64,000 nt of DNA. Origin: a bacterium (GTDB lineage: Archaea > Thermoplasmatota > E2 > JACPAO01 > JAHFTW01). The notes beneath the pieces are model-generated. The model did not search any database, was not told the DNA's origin, and saw only the letters and a program-made list of their open reading frames with translations. Both the position numbers and the translations under genes were made by a program. Numbering within the stretch: the stretch's first letter is position 1; each line of letters starts with the position of its first letter. Of the stretch, positions 45,370 to 55,698 are shown piece by piece. The stretch covers positions 192,001 to 256,000 of the forward strand of contig JAZJZE010000009.1 in NCBI GenBank assembly GCA_040390065.1, in the 5' to 3' direction.

Positions 45370-48300
45370 TACGGCTTCACCTCGACTGACACGGCGCGCT
45401 CCATGAGTTGCGTGATGGTCGTCTCCTTCGCGGCCTTGGGTTTCTCCTTCGCCTTGGCTTTCTTCTTCGTGGCTTGGCCGCCCTCGCCGTCGAAGCCCTG
45501 CGTCACGTCGTGGCCGCCGCCGTCGCCGTCGTCGCCGCCGGCACCGGATGCACCGACGTCGCCTTCGCTAGGCAGCGTGTCGAGGTCGAAGCGCGCGATG
45601 ATCTCGGAGACACCGGGACGGACCTGCGTGACACCGTAGATGTGACTCGCCTCCTTCAGGGTGATTTTCCTGAGTGAGACCACAATGAACTGGGCAAAGC
45701 GCGCGTTGTCCTTGATCATGCGGGCCAGGAACTCCGAGTTCACGGCGTCGAGGTTCTGGTCGACTTCGTCGAAGTAGTAGAAGGGGCTCGGGTCGTAGCG
45801 CTGGATGGCGAAGATGAACGCCATGGACGTGAGCGACTTCTCGCCGCCGGAGAGCGAGTCGATGCGCGTGACCTTCTTCTCGGGCGGCTGGGCCTTGAGG
45901 ATCAGGCCGCCGTCGAATGGGGCCTTCTCGTTCTCGAGTTCCAGGTATGCCTTGCCGCCCTTCGTGAGGAGGCCGTAGACGGAGGCGAATTGTTCGTTGA
46001 CGGCTGTCAGGACCGTCATGAGGGCCGCCTTCTTGTTCGTCGCGATCTCGTCGACGAGCTTCAGGAGTTCCCCTTTCTGGTTCTCCAGGCGGGCGACCTC
46101 GTCCTTGAGTTCCTTCGCGCGCGCCGATTGGGCGTCGTGCTGCTCGAGCGCCGTCTGGTTGACGGGGCCGAGGCGGTCGAGGGCGGATTCCTGGTTCCGA
46201 AGCTCGCGCTTGAGGTCCTCGATGGGCGGCACGTCCTCGCCGGCCTTGACCTCGACGGGGTTCTCCTGCAACTCGAGCTTGGCGTCGCCGAGGGCTTCCT
46301 CCAGGAGCGGCAGCTTGGACTTGGCGTTGGTGACGAGGCCGAAGTGGGTCTCCATGCGGTCGGCCACTTTGTCGATGCGGGCCTTCAGGTCCGTGAGGTC
46401 CTTGTAGGCGCGGTCGCGCTGCTCGTTCAGGCCCTTCAATGCCCCGGTGGCCTTCTTCTCCATCTTGAGGATGGCTTCGACCTCGGCCTTGGCCTTGCCA
46501 TAGGCGGCGGTGAATTTCTTGACGTCCTCGGCGAGCTTGGCTGCGGAGCCTGAACCGCCATCGATCTGGGCGGCGACCTCGTCGCGGCGCGCGGCGACGA
46601 GTTGCAGTTGCGTGGCCGCGACCTGGCGCCGGTTCTCGGCCTTGAGGGCGGCCTCCGTGAGTTCGCGCACCTCCGCCTCGAGCTTCTCGACGCGCTCGCG
46701 CAGATCCTTGCGCGTGCCCTTGAGGAGCAGTTGGCCCTTGTCCTGGCGGAGTTTCTCGAGTTGCGCAAGGCGCTCCTCCAGCGTGGCCGTCGCCTTTGCG
46801 AGCTTCGCCGAGGCCGCCTCCGTGTCGCGGCCGTCCTTGGCAAGCGCCGTCTGCTCCTTCGCGAGGACCTGCTTGCGTTCCTCGAGGGCCGTGACCTTGC
46901 GCTCGAGTTCCTTCAAGCGGTCCTCCTGGCTTGCGCCCGCGGCGCCCTCGGCTGCCAGTGCGGCCTGTAGGTCGTCGAGTTCCTTGCGTGCCGCCGCGGC
47001 CTTGGCGACGGCTTCCTGCTGTGCCTCTTCCGCCTTCGCGATCTCCCCGAGAAGTTCGTCCATGCGGCCGCGGTCGGCATTGGTGAACTGGATGTCGTCG
47101 CCCTTGCCCTTGGACTGCTTGCCGCCAGTCATGGCGCCGGATTTCTCGAAGAGTTCGCCGTCGAGGGTGACGATGCGGACACCGCCCATCATGCGGCGGC
47201 CGTTGGCCATCGTGTCGGCCACGAGGGTATCCTGGAAGACGTGCCAGAACGCGTTCTGGTAGCGCGGGTTGAACTCGATGAGGTCGAGGGCGAAGCCGAG
47301 GCAGCCCTGCTCCTTGACTTTCATGAGCGCTTGGCCCGACGGGCGGCCGGGGACCATCTTGTTGAGTGGCAGGAGTGTGACGCGGCCCGACTGGCGGCGC
47401 TTCACGAGGTCGATGCACTGGGCCGCGACCGAGTCGTCCTCGACGACGATCGCCTGCAGGCGGCCGGCGGCGGCGATCTGCATCGCCTCGCTGTGCTTCT
47501 TGTCGACCTTGGCAAGCTCGGCCACGGTGCCGATGACACCCTTGATCTCGCGCTTGTCGCGGGCGGACAGGACGTCCTGGACGGCTTGGCCGTAACCGCC
47601 TTGGGCCCGCGCCGCGGCTTCCTCGTTGGCGCGCAAGTCGGCTAGGTCGCGCTGCAGGCGACGGATGCGCATCTCGAGCTCTTCGGCCTGCTTGCCGAAC
47701 TCTGCTTGGGCCTTTCGGAGCTCGAACAGGCGCTTCTCTGCGTCCTTGCGCTTCTTGCCGGCGCCGCCGGCGGTGCCGCGCAGTTCCTTGAGTTGCCACG
47801 ACGATTCCTTGAGGTCCGTGTCGACGGCCTCGTCCTGCTGGGTCGCTTCGGCGAGCGCCTTGGCGACGGCCTTGGCGCGCTCCGCGACGCGGTCCGACTC
47901 CAGTTTCGCCTCGTGCAATTCCGTCTGCTTGGCCTCGTGCTCCTGCTTCAGGGCGACGAGCTCGCGGTTGATCTGCATGGCGTTGGTGTCGCCTTTGGAG
48001 ATGAGGTCGCGGGCGCCGTCGAGTTCCTTCTTGCGAAGCTCCAGCGCCTGCGTCGTCTGCGCATGCTCCTTGCCGCATTCGGCTTCGAGCGCCTTCGTCT
48101 TGGAGAGGTCGCGTTCGATGCGGCGCAACTCGTCGGCCATGGGGCCGCTCGACTCGTGGGCCGTCGCGAGTTCGCCCTTGGCGAAGTTGATGCGCTCCTC
48201 CAGCCGCACCATCTCGTCGCGGGCCGCCTTCATGCGGTCCTGGAGGGCCTCGACCTCGGCGCCGCCTTCGGCGCGGATCTTGGCCTCGAGTTCGGCAAAG

Positions 48301-49148
48301 CGCGCCTCCGTTTCCTTGTGCTTGTCCTTGAGCGCCGCAAGCTCCGCGCCGTGCTTCTCGCGTTCCTTGCTGAAGCGCTCGATCTCGGTGTGCAGGTGGG
48401 CGATCTGGGCGCCCACGTCGTCGCGGCGCCGCATGGCCATGAGCCCCTTGCAGCGCTTGATGCCGTCCTGGAGGTCGCGGTAGCGCTGCGCCGAGTCCTT
48501 CTCCTTGTCCAGCTGGTCGAGGCTGCGCTTCAGTTCGTCGAGGACAATGCCGATGCGTTCCAGGTTCGCCTGCACGTCGCTGCGGCGGTTCTCGGCGGAG
48601 GCGAGGTCGCGGTCGAACGTCGTGACGCCTGCGATGTCGTCGAGGATGCGGCGGCGGTCGACGGGCGTCATATTGCAGATGGATTGCACGTCGCCTTGCA
48701 GCGTGATGTTGTAGCCGTCGGCGCTGATGCGGGCGTGGTCCAGCAGGTCGACGAATTCCTTCTTCTGCGAGCCGCGGCCGTTGACGTAGAAGTACGAGTG
48801 GCAGCCGTCGGGCGACTCGTCGCTCGGGGCGCGCTTGATGCGTCGCGTCAGGACGACGGTGTCTTCCTCGACGGGCATGATGCGGTCCGTGTTGTCGAAC
48901 ACCAGGGAGACGGAGGCGGCCTCCGCCGGCTTGCCCTCCTTGCCGCCGTTGAAGATCAAGTCGGACAGGCTCTTCGCTCGCATGGCGCGCGGCGAGTTGG
49001 GGCCGAGGACGAACATGATTGCGTCGCCGATGTTGGACTTCCCCGAGCCGTTGGGGCCCGTGATGGCCGTGAAGCCGGGCTCGAAGGGCACGGTAAACTT
49101 GCCCTTGAAGGTCTTGAAATTCTCCATGTGCACTTCGCGCAGGTGCAT
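45369..49148 (-). CDS. smc: Chromosome segregation protein SMC
   Basis: GPNGSGKS, coiled coils, hinge, LSGGEKS, FDEVD. Confidence 0.97.
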   Translation of the reverse strand: MHLREVHMENFKTFKGKFTVPFEPGFTAITGPNGSGKSNIGDAIMFVLGPNSPRAMRAKSLSDLIFNGGKEGKPAEAASVSLVFDNTDRIMPVEEDTVVLTRRIKRAPSDESPDGCHSYFYVNGRGSQKKEFVDLLDHARISADGYNITLQGDVQSICNMTPVDRRRILDDIAGVTTFDRDLASAENRRSDVQANLERIGIVLDELKRSLDQLDKEKDSAQRYRDLQDGIKRCKGLMAMRRRDDVGAQIAHLHTEIERFSKEREKHGAELAALKDKHKETEARFAELEAKIRAEGGAEVEALQDRMKAARDEMVRLEERINFAKGELATAHESSGPMADELRRIERDLSKTKALEAECGKEHAQTTQALELRKKELDGARDLISKGDTNAMQINRELVALKQEHEAKQTELHEAKLESDRVAERAKAVAKALAEATQQDEAVDTDLKESSWQLKELRGTAGGAGKKRKDAEKRLFELRKAQAEFGKQAEELEMRIRRLQRDLADLRANEEAAARAQGGYGQAVQDVLSARDKREIKGVIGTVAELAKVDKKHSEAMQIAAAGRLQAIVVEDDSVAAQCIDLVKRRQSGRVTLLPLNKMVPGRPSGQALMKVKEQGCLGFALDLIEFNPRYQNAFWHVFQDTLVADTMANGRRMMGGVRIVTLDGELFEKSGAMTGGKQSKGKGDDIQFTNADRGRMDELLGEIAKAEEAQQEAVAKAAAARKELDDLQAALAAEGAAGASQEDRLKELERKVTALEERKQVLAKEQTALAKDGRDTEAASAKLAKATATLEERLAQLEKLRQDKGQLLLKGTRKDLRERVEKLEAEVRELTEAALKAENRRQVAATQLQLVAARRDEVAAQIDGGSGSAAKLAEDVKKFTAAYGKAKAEVEAILKMEKKATGALKGLNEQRDRAYKDLTDLKARIDKVADRMETHFGLVTNAKSKLPLLEEALGDAKLELQENPVEVKAGEDVPPIEDLKRELRNQESALDRLGPVNQTALEQHDAQSARAKELKDEVARLENQKGELLKLVDEIATNKKAALMTVLTAVNEQFASVYGLLTKGGKAYLELENEKAPFDGGLILKAQPPEKKVTRIDSLSGGEKSLTSMAFIFAIQRYDPSPFYYFDEVDQNLDAVNSEFLARMIKDNARFAQFIVVSLRKITLKEASHIYGVTQVRPGVSEIIARFDLDTLPSEGDVGASGAGGDDGDGGGHDVTQGFDGEGGQATKKKAKAKEKPKAAKETTITQLMERAVSVEVKP

Positions 49149-49267
49149 TTGAGGCCACCAATGGGCCGGGCTGACCGTCGCCTTGGCCCGCGCTGGAGCC
49201 ATGGCTTGGCGTGCATCCCGTATCCCGTTTCTCCGACCCTGACGGCCCCCTATAAGGGTACCGAGAA

Positions 49268-49358
49268 CCCCTTCGTTTCCGTTGGAGGACCGTCAATGAC
49301 TATATGGTAGATTGTTATCTGATTGGATGCCGATTGTTGCTTCGACGAGAAATGGGGG
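49268..49358. other. Candidate replication origin (inverted ORB-like boxes flanking an AT-rich tract)
   Basis: Minus strand TCCAACGGAAACGAAGGGG; plus strand TTCGACGAGAAATGGGGG; AT-rich 49293-49340. Confidence 0.5.
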
Positions 49359-49389
49359 TTCCCCGATGGGTTCATCGTTTCCCCCTTCC

Positions 49390-49536
49390 GCCCCCGGCGG
49401 CCCACGCGCGCGGCTTCGCGTCGCGCGCTTGCCACTCCCTCGCGCCGCCGGCTTCGCTTCGGCGGGCTCGCCCCGGCCGGGGGCCCTCCGCTTGGCCTCT
49501 TTCGATTGCGCCATGCAAGTCGCCGCCGTCGGAGGA
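49390..49536. repeat. Dispersed repeat family B, copy 2
   Basis: Collinear blocks shared with 25985-26144; gcccccggc...gccgggggc inverted ends at 49390-49484. Confidence 0.8.
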
Positions 49537-49636
49537 TTGACGAATCGTGCGGTGGACGTTGACCCGCAGGAATCCGGGCGGCGGCGCCTCGCCCCCGATT
49601 GGGGCCTGTCGATGTCCCCCTGAACCGTTCATCTAC

Positions 49637-50224
49637 ATGCCTTGCCTGCCGCGCAGCGTGGCCTTCCTCAAGCCCGACGACACGCCTGACGTGGCCTACG
49701 AGTTCTTCGCGCCCTTCGCCCACGTCGAGGGCAAGTACGAGTGGTGCCGCATCCGCAGCCCGACGCACGGCGTCTTCGATTGCTTCATCCTTCTCGGAGC
49801 GACGACGTCCGTCCCCGCCACGGTCTACGTGAACTCCGTCCTCGGCCAAGCCTTCATGCGTGAACGCTACCCCGAATGCGCGACCATCCGCGTCAATCCG
49901 GGCCAACTCAAGGTCGACGAGTCCCCCGACGGGCGCACGGTGACGGGCACTCTCTCGACCACCGAAGGCCCTGTGCGCGCCGCGAGCATGACCCTGCGGG
50001 CGCCCGCCGCGGCCATCCCCACAGCGGTCCCCTACGGCGGCGAAGGCAAGCCCGTGTGGGGCGGCCGCTGGACCTGCTGGGGCGTCGACCTCAACGTCGC
50101 CGGCTCCTGCGACGGCTCCATCGAGCGCCAGGATGGCAAGCGCGTCGTGCTGCGTGGCACGCCGTGCATCGTCACCCTCGGCTCCTTCGCGCGCATCGCG
50201 CCATTGCCAAAATCATCGGCCTAG
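49637..50224 (+). CDS. Hypothetical protein
   Basis: Host-like codon use; no recognised motif. Confidence 0.7.
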   Translation: MPCLPRSVAFLKPDDTPDVAYEFFAPFAHVEGKYEWCRIRSPTHGVFDCFILLGATTSVPATVYVNSVLGQAFMRERYPECATIRVNPGQLKVDESPDGRTVTGTLSTTEGPVRAASMTLRAPAAAIPTAVPYGGEGKPVWGGRWTCWGVDLNVAGSCDGSIERQDGKRVVLRGTPCIVTLGSFARIAPLPKSSA

Positions 50225-52566
50225 CGGCTGCGGCGCACCATCACGACGGTGACCACGACCGCCAGCACCAGTGCCGCGGCGCCAGCCGCCAGCATGACGG
50301 CCAGAAGTCCGTTACCGCCTTGGGCGGGGGCTGCAAGGCCCGCGTCCGTCGACTCAAGAGGCGCGCTTGCGCCAGGACCGCCCGCGGCGGCGAGGTCCTT
50401 GCCGTCGCACACGTCGCCCACCTGGTTGCCGTTGGCATCCAACTGGTCCACGTTGGCCACCGTCGCGCAGTTGTCGGCTGCGTTGGGCACGTTGTCGCCG
50501 TCGATGTCGCTGTCGCAGGCGTCGCCTTCGCCGTCCGCATTCATGTCGGGCTGGTCACCATTGGACGTCTCAGGGCAGTTGTCACGGGCGTTCAGGATCC
50601 TGTCGTTGTCCATGTCCGTGTCGCACGCGTCGCCGACGGCGTCGAGGTCCAGGTCATCCTGGCTCCCGTTGGCAACGAAGACGCAGTTGTCTTGCGCGTT
50701 CAGGATGCCGTCGCCGTCGATGTCTGCGCCAGCGACTGCGGGGTCGACGCCGTCATGCGGCGGGCGCGGCGCGTGGCCGTTGTCCTGCGAGATGGTCGGC
50801 AGCAGACAAGCGTCGCCAACCGTGGCCGTCACAATCTGCGTCTGCTTGGAGACGAAGCCGTTGTCGTCCGTGATGGTCAACGTGACGCTGTAGTCGCCCG
50901 CTCCGGGGTACGTGTGCGTTGGACTTTGCTCATCGCTGGTCGTACCGTCGCCGAACTCCCAGGCCCAGCTGTTGATGGCACCCGTTCCCTTGAGGCTGCC
51001 ATCGATGAAGTGGATGGGATGAGCCCCGCAAACGAGGGAGGGGTCCGTCCACTTGAAACTCGCCCCGGGCGGCAACGGCGGCGGCACCACGAGGGGCGTT
51101 CCACCGAAGGCGTCGTAGAAGTAGGACGTGTAGAAGCCGAGGCCGAGCATCTGGCTTGTAATCGGAATCCCGGGCGGCGCCGCGATGAGGTACGTCGCAC
51201 CGGCTTGGCTCGGAATGAACTTCGTGAAGCACGAATACCCCGAACTGCCGATGGGGCGCTCCACGGCAGGGAACGGAATGGGGGCGCCGCCGTCCGTGGC
51301 GATCGTGATGGGCGTGCCGCCTGGGGCGCCGACGTAGATGGTCGTCTCCCACGTCGGGTCGGCGTACATCCAGTGCCCCGAGGTGGAGCGGTCGATGGCG
51401 GAGATTTCCACGTACGACGGGTCACCGTAAGCGGTGTTGGCGTTGTAGACTTGCGCGAGGGAACCGATCGGGTTGCTGGCGCCAGTCTGGTGCGGCGGCA
51501 CGTCGCTGCGGGCCAGGTACTGCACGACGTGGATCTGGTCCGACGCCGTCACGACCGTGTCGGTGTTGAAGCGGAACAGGCTGTACGTGCCCGGGGTGAC
51601 CGTCGCCGTGGTCGTGCCGCCAATGGCGGGCCTGGCGAACATGATGGTCGTCGGGCCGTTCACGGCACGGATCTTCAGCCAGTCAAGCTGTCCCGTGCCG
51701 CTCTGCTGCGCCGAGCACATGACGTACACCTTGCCGGTGACCGCGTTGGGCAGCATCTGCTCGTTGATGGTGTCGCAGCTGCCGTCTTCGAGGGACAGGC
51801 AGTTGGAGCCGGCGTAGACGGCGCAGGAGGTGGAGCACTTGATGCTGGAGCCGGTGAGGTCGGCGGGCGGGCAGGCCAAGACCGCAATCACGCACGTGAT
51901 GTCGCCGTCCTTCGCCGTGACGTGCAGAGCCCAGCCGCGGTTGACCGTGTAGCCATAAGGTGTACCGGGAACCATGGGCGGCACGGTGACGCCCGACGCC
52001 ACCGTGCCCGCGGTGGGGACGGAGACCATGACCGTCACGGTTGTCGAGTCCTTGATGGCGACGACGGTGAAGTAGGCGGGGTTCGGGTTGAGGTACGCGA
52101 TGCTGTTGGCGGCGGTCGCCACGACGTAGTCCTTGCCGAGCTTGCTCTCAGGCAAGAGGCGCGTCGCATCGGTGGTTGCGCTGACGCCGTAGACTGCGGT
52201 CGTCTGCATGACCGAGAAGTCGTTGTCCGAGGTCGTGACGAGGTAGGTCGCCTTGTTGGAAAGTTGCGTGAAGTCGTAGGCGTCGCCGAAACTGTATTGG
52301 TTCGTCGTGGCAAACGGGACAGGCCCGCCTCCGACTGGGACCAGGCCGGCTTTCAGGTATTGCACGGTTCCGATTCCCGAACCCAGGAGGCCGGTGCCGT
52401 GATACGTCGTCGAGATGACCGTCGTCGGCTGGCCGTCGACTTCGTACGTGGGCAGGCCGATGCCCCAGTAGTTCTCGGCGCTCGCGTGATGCGGCAGGAC
52501 CAACAGGACGACTGCGACGCCGGCGGCCGCAACAAACAGGGTTGCAAGAGGGACTCGTGAATCCAT
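50221..52566 (-). CDS. Surface protein: IgGFc-binding-like N-domain, PKD, thrombospondin type-3 repeats, TM anchor
   Basis: LLPESKLGKDYV, WAWEFGDG, DxDGDGxxxxxDNC repeats, TM-RRSR. Confidence 0.85.
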   Translation of the reverse strand: MDSRVPLATLFVAAAGVAVVLLVLPHHASAENYWGIGLPTYEVDGQPTTVISTTYHGTGLLGSGIGTVQYLKAGLVPVGGGPVPFATTNQYSFGDAYDFTQLSNKATYLVTTSDNDFSVMQTTAVYGVSATTDATRLLPESKLGKDYVVATAANSIAYLNPNPAYFTVVAIKDSTTVTVMVSVPTAGTVASGVTVPPMVPGTPYGYTVNRGWALHVTAKDGDITCVIAVLACPPADLTGSSIKCSTSCAVYAGSNCLSLEDGSCDTINEQMLPNAVTGKVYVMCSAQQSGTGQLDWLKIRAVNGPTTIMFARPAIGGTTTATVTPGTYSLFRFNTDTVVTASDQIHVVQYLARSDVPPHQTGASNPIGSLAQVYNANTAYGDPSYVEISAIDRSTSGHWMYADPTWETTIYVGAPGGTPITIATDGGAPIPFPAVERPIGSSGYSCFTKFIPSQAGATYLIAAPPGIPITSQMLGLGFYTSYFYDAFGGTPLVVPPPLPPGASFKWTDPSLVCGAHPIHFIDGSLKGTGAINSWAWEFGDGTTSDEQSPTHTYPGAGDYSVTLTITDDNGFVSKQTQIVTATVGDACLLPTISQDNGHAPRPPHDGVDPAVAGADIDGDGILNAQDNCVFVANGSQDDLDLDAVGDACDTDMDNDRILNARDNCPETSNGDQPDMNADGEGDACDSDIDGDNVPNAADNCATVANVDQLDANGNQVGDVCDGKDLAAAGGPGASAPLESTDAGLAAPAQGGNGLLAVMLAAGAAALVLAVVVTVVMVRRSR

Positions 52567-52699
52567 ACCCAACACTCAATCGACGACCGACCTCGTGGTA
52601 CTTAGGGATTATCCTGCACGACGACGGGCGGTTGCCTTTGGCTGCGAATTCCGCACCATGGTTCCCAATTATCGAGTCGCCTCGTGCCGGCGGGGCGAC

Positions 52700-52951
52700 C
52701 TAGGTGCGCTCGATGCCGAAAGCCACGTTCAGGTTCACCTTGTATTCGGTGATCTTGCCTTCGCTGCACTTCACGCTCATGTTGAGGACGTGGGCGCCGC
52801 TGATGCCGCGCGTGCTTGCGGCGGCATCCTTCAGGCAGTTGCGGATTGCGTCCTCGAAGGATTTCGTGGACGTGGACACGAGTTCGACGACCTTGGCCGT
52901 GCGGTGCTCGTGCTTGCTCGTGTGGTTGGTCATCGTCTGCGTCTTGGCCAT
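52700..52951 (-). CDS. Dodecin family protein
   Basis: AKVVELVSTSTKSFEDAI...GKITEYKVNLNVAF. Confidence 0.88.
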   Translation of the reverse strand: MAKTQTMTNHTSKHEHRTAKVVELVSTSTKSFEDAIRNCLKDAAASTRGISGAHVLNMSVKCSEGKITEYKVNLNVAFGIERT

Positions 52952-53037
52952 GGGGTCGACCCGGCGAGGCAAAGCGCTCGGGCGTTGATAGCCTGTTCCC
53001 CGCGGCAAGCGCGCAGCGGCGCCGTGACGCGGGCCGT

Positions 53038-54021
53038 CTACGACAGGACGATGTCGAGCTGGTACGGCACGGGGCCGGCGTTGGTGTACTGGAACGAGCC
53101 AGCGGCGCCGTTGGCCTCGCAGCCGTCCTGCATGGCGCCGACCTGGACGCTCCACAGCCCCGACGAGTCCGTCGGGGACGTGAACGTCTCAGTGGCCTGC
53201 ACGGGGTCCACAGGGCTCGAGCTGCCCAGGGCGCCGGCCGAGCAAAGGAGGGGCGCGGCGTTGGGGTCGTACAAGCCGATGTCGACGTCCGTGCCGTCGC
53301 TTGGCGAGTAGGTGCCGTCGAACTTGGTCGTGGCTGTCACCGTGACGCCGGCGGGGAGGTCGACCGTGTACTTGTCGACCATCGAGTCGCGGCTTGCGCC
53401 GCCCGGGGGGCTGACGCCAGCCGCCGAGACCTTCTGCGGCTGCACTTCGCCCGTGATCGTCCAGTGGACCTTGACCGTGCCCTTGAGGGGCGCGAAGACC
53501 GCCGCGGGGACCTTGTCGTCGGCGGATGCGTACAGGGCGGCCACGACGACGATGGGGCCGGCGACCGGCATCTGGGTCTCTAGCATCTCGTTGGCCGGCC
53601 GCATCGTGACCGTGGTGTTGCCGCCGACGGCGACGCCCCACATCACGGTGTAGCCCGCGAGCTGGTCGAACTCCTTGATGCGCACATCGAGGCGCGACGC
53701 GTTGGCGCCCGACAGGGCCGTCGTTTCGCCGCCGCCGCCCATCGGAGCCGCGCCCGCCATGGTCGGGCCTGCGATGGCGGGGACCGTGGTCTCGCCGCCG
53801 ATGGTCGTGCCCCAGTCGCCTTCGTTGATGCGGGCCTGCAGGTGCATGCCGCCGATCAGGAGGAAGGGCGTGCCGTTGTACTCGGCAGGGGAGCCATCGG
53901 GCAGGGATGTCGCGGCATCGGCGCCGAAGACGTCGGAGAGGGCTGGCTTCTCGTTGCTGGCGCAGCCGGCCAGAAGGGCGGTTGCCAGGAGGCTGGCGAT
54001 GAGGAGGCGAATCGGGGCCAT
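53038..54021 (-). CDS. Hypothetical lipoprotein with PPC-like C-terminal domain
   Basis: LLAGC lipobox; DVDIGLYDP, GLWSVQV. Confidence 0.75.
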   Translation of the reverse strand: MAPIRLLIASLLATALLAGCASNEKPALSDVFGADAATSLPDGSPAEYNGTPFLLIGGMHLQARINEGDWGTTIGGETTVPAIAGPTMAGAAPMGGGGETTALSGANASRLDVRIKEFDQLAGYTVMWGVAVGGNTTVTMRPANEMLETQMPVAGPIVVVAALYASADDKVPAAVFAPLKGTVKVHWTITGEVQPQKVSAAGVSPPGGASRDSMVDKYTVDLPAGVTVTATTKFDGTYSPSDGTDVDIGLYDPNAAPLLCSAGALGSSSPVDPVQATETFTSPTDSSGLWSVQVGAMQDGCEANGAAGSFQYTNAGPVPYQLDIVLS

Positions 54022-54042
54022 GGCCGTCGCACCAGGGGGTGG

Positions 54043-55698
54043 TCAAAAAGCCTTGGCGTCGCCAGGAGGCGGAGCCGGCAGGGGCGGAATGGCGAATTGC
54101 TTCGCCTCGACGAGGTAGGCCTGCCACTCGGCCGCCTGGCGCTTTGCGTCCCAGCCGAGCAAGTCGGCCATCCAGGTGAGCGCGGCCTGCGCTGGACCCG
54201 GGTTGCCGTCGTGTTGCAAGCCGAGGTCCGTGCGGCGCAGCAGGGCGTCGCCGAGGTGCAGGGCCTGCTCGCTGCGCACGGCGTAGGTGACCTCGCAGCC
54301 GAGGTGCGGCGCATCCATGTGAAGGGCGCGGCGCGCCCCCGGCCGCGCATCGCAGGACACGACGTCACGCCACGTTGCACCGTACGTTGCCAGCAGGCGC
54401 TCGGCCGTGGCGGAGGCAAACCCCATGCCACTCGCCTCCGCCAGGGCGTTGGCGCGGAAGTCCTGCCATGCGCCCTCGGGGCACCCGATGTAGGGCGTGG
54501 TCAGTGTCGGATGCGTCCGGGCCTGCGCTTTGCGGCCGAGGCTGCGCGCAACGCGGTCGACCGTCTCCTGCGCAAGCCGCCGTGCAGTCGTGATCTTGCC
54601 GCCCTGCAGCGTCCAGAGGCCGTCGACGTCGTCGCGGCGGGCGTGGTCGTAGATGACGTGGCGACGCGTGACGTTGGATTCCGTCACGCCAGGTTGGTTG
54701 ACGAGGGCCCGCACGCCGGCGTACGTGTACTGGAGGCGGTCGAGCGGCGCGTCCGGGAAGTATTCGCGCGCCGCATTGGTGAGGTAGGCGACATCGGCGG
54801 CGTCGGCGACGGCGTCGTACGGGTCGCCTTCGTAGTCGGTGTCCGTCGTGCCGACGATGGAATGCTGCTCCCAGGGCAGGACGAAGAAGCTGCGGCCGTC
54901 TCGGTTGCGCACCATGACCGCGACGTCGCAGAAGCGCGGCACCACGAGGTGCGTGCCCTTGGTCTTGCGCACTTTGGGCGGCAAGCCGTCGCCGAGCGGC
55001 CCCAGGACCTCGTCGACCCAGCAGCCGCTCGCGTTCACGACCGCGCGCGCCCGCACGGACCAGACCTTTCCGTCCTCGTCCTCGACGCGGGCGCCCGTCA
55101 CACGGCGGCGACCCGCCTCGCGCGAGAACTCCAGGAAATCGACGCGCGTGTGGTTCAAGGTCACGGCGCCTAGGGCCCGGGCCTCGACCACCATCTCCAC
55201 GATGAGGCGCTCGACGCGGCGGATCTGGCCGTCATAGAACGTGGCGGCCCCCGCGAGGTCGGCAGGGCGCAGGGCAGGTGCCAATGCCAACGTGGCGTCA
55301 CGCCGCAAGTAAGCGCGGCGCGGCAGGGACTTGCCGCGGCTTAGCAAGTCGTACAGCCACAATCCGATCCTGACCGTGCGCCGGGCGGCCACGTGCGGGT
55401 AAAGAGGATAGACGAAGCGCAGCGGGCGCACCAGGTGCGGGGCCTGCCGCAGCAGCAGCTCGCGTTCCTGCAGGGCTTCGTGCACCAAGGCGAACTCGAA
55501 CTGCTCGAGGTACCGCAGGCCGCCATGCGCAAGTTTGGAGGACTTGGCCGACGTCCCGGCACCCCAATCCCGCATCTCGACGAGGCAGACGGACAGACCG
55601 CGCAGCGCCGCGTCGCGCGCGATGGCAGCGCCGTTGACGCCCCCGCCCACGACGAGCACGTCGAAGGTCCGGCCGCTCGGGTCGTCGCCTTCGGGCAC
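54043..55698 (-). CDS. glpD: FAD-dependent glycerol-3-phosphate dehydrogenase
   Basis: GGGVNG, GTSAKSSKLAHGGLRYLE, GTTD, GGKITTAR, RRTDL. Confidence 0.92.
   Translation of the reverse strand: MPEGDDPSGRTFDVLVVGGGVNGAAIARDAALRGLSVCLVEMRDWGAGTSAKSSKLAHGGLRYLEQFEFALVHEALQERELLLRQAPHLVRPLRFVYPLYPHVAARRTVRIGLWLYDLLSRGKSLPRRAYLRRDATLALAPALRPADLAGAATFYDGQIRRVERLIVEMVVEARALGAVTLNHTRVDFLEFSREAGRRRVTGARVEDEDGKVWSVRARAVVNASGCWVDEVLGPLGDGLPPKVRKTKGTHLVVPRFCDVAVMVRNRDGRSFFVLPWEQHSIVGTTDTDYEGDPYDAVADAADVAYLTNAAREYFPDAPLDRLQYTYAGVRALVNQPGVTESNVTRRHVIYDHARRDDVDGLWTLQGGKITTARRLAQETVDRVARSLGRKAQARTHPTLTTPYIGCPEGAWQDFRANALAEASGMGFASATAERLLATYGATWRDVVSCDARPGARRALHMDAPHLGCEVTYAVRSEQALHLGDALLRRTDLGLQHDGNPGPAQAALTWMADLLGWDAKRQAAEWQAYLVEAKQFAIPPLPAPPPGDAKAF

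Noticed and set aside
49360-49620. RNase P or SRP RNA
   Set aside because: I could not find the GAGGAAAGUCC/AACAGAA or SRP helix 8 motifs; the region matches dispersed family B instead.
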